Both the position numbers and the translations under genes were made by a program. The notes beneath the pieces are model-generated. The model did not search any database and was not told the origin of the DNA. It saw only the letters and a program-made list of their open reading frames with translations. From an uncultured Acidimicrobiales bacterium (lineage in GTDB: Bacteria > Actinomycetota > Acidimicrobiia > Acidimicrobiales > DATKAS01), in contig CAVVET010000029.1 of the NCBI GenBank assembly GCA_963747215.1, forward strand, positions 320,115-384,114: DNA of 64,000 bases, in the 5' to 3' direction. The number at the start of each line of letters is the position of its first letter. The first letter of the stretch is position 1. This document shows positions 37,803 to 46,502 of this stretch, piece after piece.

Positions 37803-38935
37803 CCCTCCGCCTCCGCATCCGGATCCGCGTCGGGACGCTGGGCGCGTTGACGCAACCAGACGAGCACCGCTGCGGCACCGGCGGACGCGGCGACGATCGG
37901 CACCACGGCGCCGCCGCCGCCACCACCCGTCTCACGGGGGGGCCCGGCCGCGACCAGATCCCCGCCCGCAGACGTGGCCTGAGCCGACGCAGTGGTCGAG
38001 GCAGCGGTCGAGGACGTGGAAGCTCCCGTTGTCGTGGCCGCGTCGGAGGAGGCCGCAGCCGTCGAGGATGGGCTCGTGGTCGACGATGCCGCCGTGGTTG
38101 GCGGCGTGGTCGGCGCGGGCGTGGTCGGCGCGGGTGTGCTGCTTGGGGGCGCCGTCGTCGCCGGTGCGGTCGTAGCGGGCGCCGCCGTCGCGGGCGCGGA
38201 CAGCGAGCCGCTGCGCACGGCTTGGACATCGCGTTGGAGTCCGTTGTGCACGTACGGGTAGAACGCGTTGCCGGGACACGCGGTGGTCGACATGTCACGG
38301 TGACCCGCGATCGTCGCGGTCGTCACCGCGGCGCCAACCGGCCAGCGGTTCGATCCACGCGACGTGAAGCTCACCGTCGCGCCGGCTGCCGTCGAGACGC
38401 CGTAGCGCTGAGCAAGCCAGGCCAGCGTGCGGGTGCCAGCGGCGAGCGCGGCGGCGCTCGGTTGCTCGCCCGTGAAGTCACCGATGAAGCAGACCAGTTG
38501 CGCGAACCCTTGACTTCCGCCGGTCGCGTCGGCGGCGACGGGTCCGGCGAGGCTGCCCGCTCTCCCCTCCCAGACGCCGCCCTCGCGGTCGACGAGGAAG
38601 TTGTACGCGATGTCGGGCCACCGCTTCTCGCCGGTGTGGAAGCGATACATCGCCCCGAGCAGGCCGGGCACATCGCTCGCACGATGCTGCGTGCTCGCCG
38701 CCGTGTGATGGACGAGAAGAAACCGCACCTCCTCCGCCGCGAGCGGTCCAACCGGCGGGCCTGGCGCCCAGGCCTCGCGTGGCCAGATCGCGAGTCCGTC
38801 GCCGACAGCGACCGGCGCGGCGGGCAGCGAGAGGGCCTGCGCTCGTCCACCGACTCCGAGCACGGCCGCGCTCGGCGACTGCGGCGCTGCCCACGAGCAC
38901 CGCACGGCGACTGACCCCCAGGGCCGCCGACTCAC
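37799..38935 (-). CDS. PGRP/amidase_2-type N-acetylmuramoyl-L-alanine amidase with low-complexity linker and C-terminal TM anchor
   Basis: FLLVHHTA, DIAYNFLVDREGGVWEGR, GHRDMSTTACPG (Zn ligands). About 100 aa of Ala/Thr/Pro/Ser-rich linker. TM AVVPIVAASAGAAAVLVWL followed by RQRAQRPDADPDAEAEG. GTG 38935 overlaps the regulator stop (GTGA). The N-terminal SRRPWG is only weakly Tat-like. Confidence 0.8.
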   Translation of the reverse strand: MSRRPWGSVAVRCSWAAPQSPSAAVLGVGGRAQALSLPAAPVAVGDGLAIWPREAWAPGPPVGPLAAEEVRFLLVHHTAASTQHRASDVPGLLGAMYRFHTGEKRWPDIAYNFLVDREGGVWEGRAGSLAGPVAADATGGSQGFAQLVCFIGDFTGEQPSAAALAAGTRTLAWLAQRYGVSTAAGATVSFTSRGSNRWPVGAAVTTATIAGHRDMSTTACPGNAFYPYVHNGLQRDVQAVRSGSLSAPATAAPATTAPATTAPPSSTPAPTTPAPTTPPTTAASSTTSPSSTAAASSDAATTTGASTSSTAASTTASAQATSAGGDLVAAGPPRETGGGGGGAVVPIVAASAGAAAVLVWLRQRAQRPDADPDAEAEG

Positions 38936-41900
38936 ACACGAGCGGACGGCCCCGAGTCGACGATGCGAGCCTCTGCTTGTCGCACCAGCATCTGGGTCGA
39001 CGGTTCCGGATCGACGCCGAGGTCGCGCAGCATCTCCTCGACTTCGGCGAGCGCGCGTTGCAGCCCTTCTGCGTCGCGACGCTGCAGCTGCGCCGCGATC
39101 ACCAACCTCCGCGCTCGCTCGGAGTACGGCGCCGCCCCGACCGCCCGGTGAGCACATGCGAGCGCGGCGTCGAACCGCCCCGCGACAAGGCGCAGCTCAC
39201 CGAGCCGAAGCGTGGTGTCGACCAAAGACCGCGCGACTTCCTCCACTGCCGGGACGAGCTCGTGGAGCGCGGTCACGTCTGAGCACGGCTCCCCCCGCCA
39301 CAGGGTGCACGCGGCTTCCAGATGTGCAAGCGCGCGTTCGGCGTCGCCGTCATGCTGTGCGGCCTCGACGCCGGCAACGTGATCACGAAGCTGCCAAAGG
39401 TCCGACTCGATGTACGGACGGCCCGCGATCGCGATCCACTCGCTGTCCATACGCAGCGACAGACAAGGCTCGCCGGCATGGCGATCCGGTTCGAGCAGGT
39501 GTCGAAGGCGAGACAGAGTGACGCGGAGGTTTCGCGCTGCTGACTCGGGATCGAGCTCGGGCCAGATCAGCTCCATCAGCCGTTCCCGCCGGAGCGGCCC
39601 GGCGAGCACGAGGAGCCCGAGGAGCATGCGGACGCGCACCCGGCGGGCCTCGGCTCGGTCGACGACGACGCCGTCGACGGCGATCTGGAGGGGACCGAGG
39701 ACGTCTACCCGCAACGATCCCCGTGTCGGATCTGGTACGAGCCCGCGAAGCGTGCGAGCCCCGGTTGCGACGTCGTCGTCCGCGCTTGTCACGAGCCAGT
39801 CGAACTCGTGCCAGAGCTGCGCTCCCGTCCATTCCGCCAGCTCGCTCACTCGCGCGACCACGCCAGGGCAGCCGGCTGCGCTGGCGCGTGCGAGAACCTC
39901 GGCTGTCCAGGGCAGCGGCATGGCGGTGATGAGCGCGGCAATCTCGGGGAGCTCGCGTTCCGCGCTCGATGCGTCCCGCACGACCATCGAGGAGCAGACG
40001 TGCGACCCGCACGCATCGGTCGTGCGACGGTCCGACGGGGTGGTCGTCCCAGTGCTCACGCACATCCTGGCTGCACACATACGCGATCGCGGGGCCGCGA
40101 CGCAGGAAGACCTCGGACACACGAACAGTGAGAGGAAATGACGCGACGTGAGATGCGAGCTCGGCGACAGCGTCGTCCTCCCGGTGGGCGAGCACGAGGC
40201 GCGCCGCGTTGGCGATGGTGACGATCGCGCTGTCTCGTCCGTCGAGATGTCCGGCGGCGGTCCGGTCGAGAACTGGCCGCATCGCCTCCGCACCGTCCCG
40301 GTCGCCGACCGCCGCGTAGAGAGCGGTGTTGAACGCGGCTCGGAAGAGCTCATCTCGAAGGTTCGTGTCGGGCGGCGGGTCATAGGGCGGTCGGTTCAGC
40401 TTGAACGCTGAGGGGTCACCGGCCGCCCAACGCACCTGGCCGGGCATGCCACTGACGTAGGCGTTGGCCGAGCCGAGCAGGCGATCGCTGACGGGGATCG
40501 CTTCCTCGGCGCGTCCCGCGATGACCAACATCGCGACGTGGAGCCGAGTCACGAGCTCGGTGACCGCGTGGGGTACCTGCGAGAACGGCAGCGCGTCGAT
40601 CTCGGCCAGTGAGCGCTGCACGTCGCCGGAGAGCCCTGCGAGCGCGGCGCTGACGGCCCCAGTGAGAAACCGGAGAAGCGGCTCGCGTCGCGCGCCGGGC
40701 AGCGCCTCGACTTGCTGAGCGAGCATGAACAGCCGTACCTCGTCGCCTCGGCCGTGCGCGATCACGGTGCCCAACGCGAGGGGCACAGCCCGATCCTCGA
40801 CAGGGAACTGCTTGACGAGCACATCGATGTCATGGTCGAGATCGGGATCGTCGAACCGCAACGACTGGCGCACCGCCAACGACAGCAGCTCGAGCTCGGG
40901 CGACACACGGGCCGTCCTCGGCGCCTCCGAGAGCCAGCGCGAGGCGGTCGCGACAGGAAGAGCCCCGAAGCTCGTCCGGACGAGGTTGTAAGCCGCCCGC
41001 TGCAGCGCCTGCTCGTCTCCCCAGCGCAGGGCGAGCCATCCGCCTCGCGCGGGCTCGCTGCGGTCGCGAAGCAGCTCCAGGGCTCGTTGCCTCATCCGCT
41101 GCACGTCATCGGCCGCGAACAGCCGCTCGACCGCGTCTTCCCAGAGCCGATGAGCCGCGAAACGTCCATCGTCCTCGACACGCAACAGCGGCACCCTCGC
41201 GACCAGGCCATCGAGGTCGCCGTCGTCGCCCGCGACGCGATGCAGATCCTCAGCGGACGCGGATCCCATCGTCGCGACTGCAAGGAGCATCCGCTGATCC
41301 CGGGGCGACAGCGCGCCGACGATCTCCTCCCACAGGAACTGGGGCGCCGCGTCGGTGGGCGCGGAAAGCGCGAGCCGCACGAGTGACGGCCACCCGGCGA
41401 GGCCGTCGACGCCGACCGCGTCGCGACCATGGAGGTCGGCCAGCGTCTCGACCTCGCCGACGGTGAACGCGAGCGCGTCGGCACCGATCTCCACGAGCCT
41501 CCCGCCGGCGCGCAGCCGGGCGAGGGGAACAGTCAAAGGCTCACGACTGGCAAGGACGAGGTGCGCGTGCGGGGGCACGTTACGGACGAGGTCGGCGAGC
41601 AGCCGTGCCGACGACGACGCCGGCCGAAGCTCGTGGAGGTCGTCGAGCACCAGGCACACGTCGAGGGGGGCGAAGTCGCCGAACGCGGTCAGCACGGTCT
41701 CGGCGGGCGACCGCCGACCACGGGCGGGCGTACCGCCGAGGGCGGCGGCGATCACCCGCGCCAGCCGCGGGGCATCCTCGTCGCCGGGCTCGCACGACAC
41801 CCACGCGTCGATGCCCCGAGGCTCGACCTGGTTGGCACGGATCGCCTGTCCGAGCAGTGTGCTCTTTCCGAATCCCGCGCCGGCGACGATCGTCGTCACT

Positions 41901-42019
41901 GGGACCTCGAAGCGCCGCGTCAGCTCCTCGATCAAGCGGGCGCGCACCAACTCGCCCGTCAGGGGAAGCGGCGGCGCCGGAGCCCGGCGGGCGGGGACCG
42001 CCCAGTCGTTCTCGGCCAC
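38932..42019 (-). CDS. MalT-type STAND NTPase with C-terminal SARP (winged-helix + BTAD) module; one frame change
   Basis: Walker A GAGFGKSTLLGQ, Walker B CLVLDDLHEL, GWPSLVRLAL, then about 450 aa of helical repeats (ORF 39383..42019). After ~40040 it continues in ORF 38932..40383 with LRVDVLGPLQIAVDG...LIWPELDPESAARNLRVTLSRLRHLL (SARP wHTH) and LWRGEP...PYSERARRLVIAAQL...LGVDPEPST (BTAD). About 1029 aa in total. Confidence 0.75.
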
Positions 42020-42360
42020 TGATCAAAAGCCTAGGCCGCGGCAGGTCGCGACCCGGGTAACGAACGGGTAACGGCGGGATCGGATCGTCCTCGAAATGAA
42101 GACCGAGATCGATCTGCGAGACGACGCGGCCGAGCTACGGGTGGCCGCGCCCGTGGTGCGCGAGGCGCTGGAGGCGGACAGCGCCGCGCCGCCCGTTCAG
42201 CGGCCTGTCGGGCAGCCGGTGAGCCGGCCCGCGCGCGGTACGCGCCGCGACTACGCGTCCTGAGCAGGAGACATTCATGGCCGCCGTGATCGCCGCGGTC
42301 ACCCGAGGGCTCTGGACCTCTGGCTAGCGGGCTCCGACTCCCGCCTGAGCGGCGGGCACA

Positions 42361-42597
42361 ATGGGCGACATGGCGCGCTGGCGGATTCGCAGCTGGGTTC
42401 GTCCCGAAGTGCTTGCCAACAACCACTGCCCCGTGTGCGGGACACCCGTCGTCGTCGGTCCGACGACCCGGCTCGGACGCGCCCTCGCGGGGCCGATGTT
42501 CGCGCCGCCGCCGCAGGCCGAGGTCGCCGGCGCGTGCGCGATCCACGGACGCTTTCCTTGGAACCGCGCCACGAAGCGCCTCCGGGACCAGCAGTGA
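42361..42597 (+). CDS. small zinc-ribbon-like hypothetical protein (78 aa)
   Basis: High third-position G+C, consistent with coding. NHCPVCGTPVVV ... GACAIHGRFPW. Lies 45 nt upstream of the hydrolase gene on the same strand. Confidence 0.35.
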   Translation: MGDMARWRIRSWVRPEVLANNHCPVCGTPVVVGPTTRLGRALAGPMFAPPPQAEVAGACAIHGRFPWNRATKRLRDQQ

Positions 42598-42642
42598 CCC
42601 GGCTCCCGCCGCCATACTGCTCGCCATCGAGGAGGCGCAGCA

Positions 42643-44050
42643 ATGGATGACGGGCAAGCACGAGCCGAGGTGACCGGACCGGTCGAGGGGGGATCGCACG
42701 GCTGGGCGTTCGGCGGTCCGACGGTCGACTTCGCGCAGCACGGGTTCTCGTCCGAGGAGTTCTTCCTCGAGGGCACCGCTGTCCGCTACCAGCTCCAAGG
42801 CGCGACGTCGCCGAGTCGAGATGGGAGATGGGCGGCCGAGCCGTGTGAGTCCGCTCCGTTCAAGACGCGCTTCGTCGTCTACCGCCCGACGGACCCCGCT
42901 CGCTTCAACGGAACGGTGATCGTCTCGTGGAACAACGTGAGCGCGGGACACGACCTGTTCGGTGGCGAGAGCCGCGAGATCCTCGAGGAGGGGTACGCGT
43001 TCGTCGGAGTGACCTCTCAGCGCGTCGGCGTCCACGGCATCGCGCCGATGAACCTCGGCCTCGTCGACTGGGACAAGGAGCGCTACGGCACGCTGTCGAT
43101 CCCGAGCGACGACTACTCGTTCGACATCTACACGCAGGCCGCGCGTGGCCGTGGGGCGCGACCGCCCCCGCGGCGACGTCGACCCGATGGGCGGTCTCGA
43201 CGTTCAGCGACTGATCGCGCTCGGCGCTTCGCAGTCGGCGGGGCGCCTCGGCACCTACGTGAACGCGATCCATCCGCTCACGCGGGCCTTCGACGGCTAC
43301 CTGCTGCAGATCTACTTCGGCAGCGGATCACCGCTCGAGGTCGGCGACTTCGTCGTCAACCTTGCCGCGCCGAGCATGTCGGCCGGCACCAACACGAGAT
43401 TGCGCGGCAACAACCTTCTCCGCGATGACCTCGATGTCCCGGTGATGGTCGTCAACTCCGAGCTCGAAGCGATCGCCTGCTACGAGGTGCGTCAGCCCGA
43501 TACCGATCTGTTCCGGTACTGGGAGTCGGCAGGCACCTGTCACGTCTCAGAACAGGGTCAGCGCGCCCGCTCGCCGAAGTACGAGCGGGACTTCGGCGCC
43601 CCGATGCAGGTGACACCGGGCATCAACCGCGTGCCGATGGTCCCCCTGTTCGACGCCGCGATCCACGCCCTGCACGGCTGGGTGAGCACGGGGAAGCCTC
43701 CCCGCAGCCAACCGCTCGTCACGTTCGCGGGCGAACCGCCGGCGATCGTGCGGGATGAGCACGGCATCGCCAAAGGCGGGATCCGCCTTCCCCAGGTCGA
43801 GGTGCCCCTCGCGACGAACAGCGCGATCCCTCTCGCCGCCGACGTGTACAGCGTCCTCGGCGGGTCGAGCGAGCCCTTCCCGCCCGAGAAGGTCGCAAAG
43901 CTCTATCGAAACCGTGGGGAGTATCTCGAGGAGTTCGCCATCGCGGGGCGCGCCGCGCAATCCGCCGGAGTGCTTCTCCCACGTGACGTCGCCGCGCTCG
44001 TGGAAGAGGCCGCCACCGCGTACGACGCCGCGGCGGCTCCGACAGGCTGA
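42643..44050 (+). CDS. alpha/beta-hydrolase-domain protein; one frame change
   Basis: GAGGAGG RBS. FNGTVIVSWNNVSAG... in ORF 42643..43428. After ~43147 (GG run) it continues AVGRDRPRGDVDPMGGLDVQRLIALGASQSAGRL (nucleophile elbow G-x-S-x-S/G) in ORF 43145..44050. Confidence 0.6.
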
Positions 44051-44055
44051 CGGTC

Positions 44056-44571
44056 TCAGGTCATCCAGCTCAGCTTCTGGCGGATGCGTCGAAGCGCGAC
44101 CGACACGATCGAGGGCGAGACTCGCAACACCGTCGCGACCTCGCGTCCCGTGTAGCCGGCGGCAAGGGCCAAGGCGATGAACTGGTCGCGTGCCTTCAGA
44201 CGCGCGACCGAGTGGCCGAGATCCGCCACCGCCTCGACCACCTCGTAGCCCGGCTCGACACAGCCCGGATCGGGATCCTCGCGGCGGTCGTCCGAGGTGA
44301 GCGGGACTTCGCGCATGTGCACGCTGCGCCGCCACCGAGTGAGTCGGCGGAGCTCGTCGACGGCCGCGCTGCGACCCATGAGATAGGCCGCGGCACCGTT
44401 GGGCCGGGAAGCGTCGCCTCGTCGCCCGTCGGGCCAGTGGCGCGCAAGTCGCTCGAGAGCGGCCGCCTCGCACTCCTCCGCGACCCAACCTTGCAGTCGG
44501 AGCGACCGGGCGCCCGCGAGCGTGTCGCTCATCGCCTCGTGCAGATCAGCTGTTCGTAGTTGACGGTCCAT
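44056..44571 (-). CDS. ECF-type sigma-70 family RNA polymerase sigma factor
   Basis: 171 aa. Region 2-like AAAYLMGRSAAVDELRRLTRWRR. Region 4 HTH LKARDQFIALALAAGYTGREVATVLRVSPSIVSVALRRIRQKL. No adjacent anti-sigma gene is visible. Confidence 0.75.
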   Translation of the reverse strand: MDRQLRTADLHEAMSDTLAGARSLRLQGWVAEECEAAALERLARHWPDGRRGDASRPNGAAAYLMGRSAAVDELRRLTRWRRSVHMREVPLTSDDRREDPDPGCVEPGYEVVEAVADLGHSVARLKARDQFIALALAAGYTGREVATVLRVSPSIVSVALRRIRQKLSWMT

Positions 44572-44838
44572 CGCCGGCCTTGTTTGCCGCCCGGTGAACC
44601 GCCATCAAAATGTCGAACGAAAGCTGGTGGTGCTGTTGATGAATCGTGCGTTGGTCCGTCATGTGGACCCTGCAGTGTCGAAAGCCATGAGCAGTCATTG
44701 CCTTCCTGCCGAGGGATCCGAGGAAGGTAGCGGCTTCTCGGACGAGGTCGGGGGACGGTCCGAGAACTTCCAATGTGACCTGGGCGAACGCATGCAGCGC
44801 GCGCGGTTGACCACGTGTTGTAGCCAATCAGAACGAGG

Positions 44839-46444
44839 TCACAGAACGAGTGCCTGGTGCATCGCATCGGCGAGCCCTTGTCGCGGATCGTGCGCGAGCA
44901 CCGGTGATCGCCACGCGACGAAACCATCCGGTCGCACGAGCACCGCGCCCGACGCGTCGACGCCGTACGCGTCGGGGAACCGCTCGTCGAGGTCGATCAC
45001 GTCGTTGCCGACGCGGTACGCGTCGATGCCATGCTCGAGCGCGGCGTCGTACCACTGCTGTCCGTCGGTTCCCACGAGGAGCACGAACGAGTGACCGAAC
45101 AGATCCAGCGTCGACCGCCGCTCGCCCTCGCGCTCGATCCACAGATGCGGAGCTCTCGATCCGGGACGACCACGCGTCGCGCGGGGATCAGCGTGCACCG
45201 CGCCGTCGGCGTCCGAGTCCGCGTCCGCGGCGACTGCCACTGACCGGTAGAGGTACCCGAGCTCGATCTCGAGGTCTGGCAGCAACGGCTCGTAGTCCGT
45301 CGCGTTGAGGTAGGTGGCAGTCCGCGTGACGTACCTCGTGTACGCCTGCTCGACAGTGAGCCGGCCGACGGGGCGCCGCTCCTGTTCGTAGGTCGAGAGC
45401 AGGCCCGCACCCGCGTCACCCCGGAGAGCGCACGCGAGCTTCCACGCAATGTCGTACGCGTCGTGGATGCCCGTGTTGCCCCCGAACCCGCCGTTCGGCG
45501 GCATGACGTGCGCGGCATCGCCGACCAGGAACACGTGACCATTGGCGTAGCCGGCCGCGACGTCCGAGCTCGCCCGCCATCGCGCGACGCCGTCGATGCG
45601 CACCTTCAGACCGGGGACGCCCGCGGCGGCTCTCACCAGCTCGACGAGGCGGGACTCGCTCGTGTCCTTCGCGGCATCCGCGACGTCCGGGTTCGTCTTC
45701 GGATCGCCGATCGTGTTCACCACGAGGAACCCGGACTGGCAGTCCTTGTCGAGCCGGAAGAAGCCGCCCATCACCTCGTTGCTGATGTAGATCACGCTCA
45801 ACGGCTTGCCGAGCATCTGCGGCGCGAGGTCGGCGGTGAAGTAGATGGTCATGCTGTTCGAGAACACACCCCGGCCCTCGAAGGAGATGCCCGAGCGCGT
45901 CACGCACCTTGCTGTGCGCGCCGTCCGCGCCGACGAGGTATCGAGCGCGGACCCGCCGGGCCGCACCGCCGTCCGCATCGGCGATCGACACGTCGACGCC
46001 CTCAGGGTCCTGGGAGACCCGGACGACCTCACTCCCCTCGATCACCTCGGCTCCCGCTTCCCGGGCGCGGCGTCGGAGGATCGGCTCGAGTCCGCGCTGA
46101 GTGATGAACAAGCGGCGGCACGGGCTGAGGGCGTCGTCGATCCCGACGTTGAGACCGGGGATGATGTCGGCGAGCTTGCGGCCCGCCAACGTGTCCATGC
46201 TGATGATCGCGCCCTCAGGGAGGAACTCCTCCGCCGATCGCGCCGTCACCTCCTCCTCGATGCCCGCCGCCCGGAACAGCTCGATCGTGCGCAGGTGGAA
46301 GTGAGCAGCGCGAGGCACGGGCGAACCGCCGCGCAGCCGCTCGATCACGAGCGACGGCACGCCGTGCTGGGCGAGGAACATGGCGGTCGAGAGCCCGACA
46401 AGGCCCCCGCCGGCGATCACGACGCCCTGGTCGCGCTCGGCCAT
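44839..46444 (-). CDS. FAD-dependent aromatic-ring monooxygenase (PHBH fold); one frame change
   Basis: VVIAGGGLVGLSTAMFLAQHGV (GxGxxG), YLVGADGAHSKVR (DG motif) in ORF 45416..46492. After ~45891 (CCC run) it continues GISFEGRGVF...FLVGDAAHVMPPNGGFGGNTGIHDAYD (GD motif) in ORF 44839..46032. Confidence 0.82.
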
Positions 46445-46502
46445 GTGCGCACTCTCGCGCAATCCGGCGCGCGGAGACGCGCCTCGTAGCATTCGCTCCC
46501 GA

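Noticed and set aside
44546-45094. ORFs 44546..44827 (minus, 93 aa) and 44594..45094 (plus, 166 aa) as candidate anti-sigma or small regulatory proteins next to the ECF sigma gene.
   Set aside because: Third-position G+C is weak (about 63% by my count for the plus ORF up to 44838, lower than the ~85% I counted for the 78-aa ORF at 42361). One overlaps the sigma start out of frame and the other runs antisense into the monooxygenase gene. There are no TM or zinc-binding anti-sigma features.
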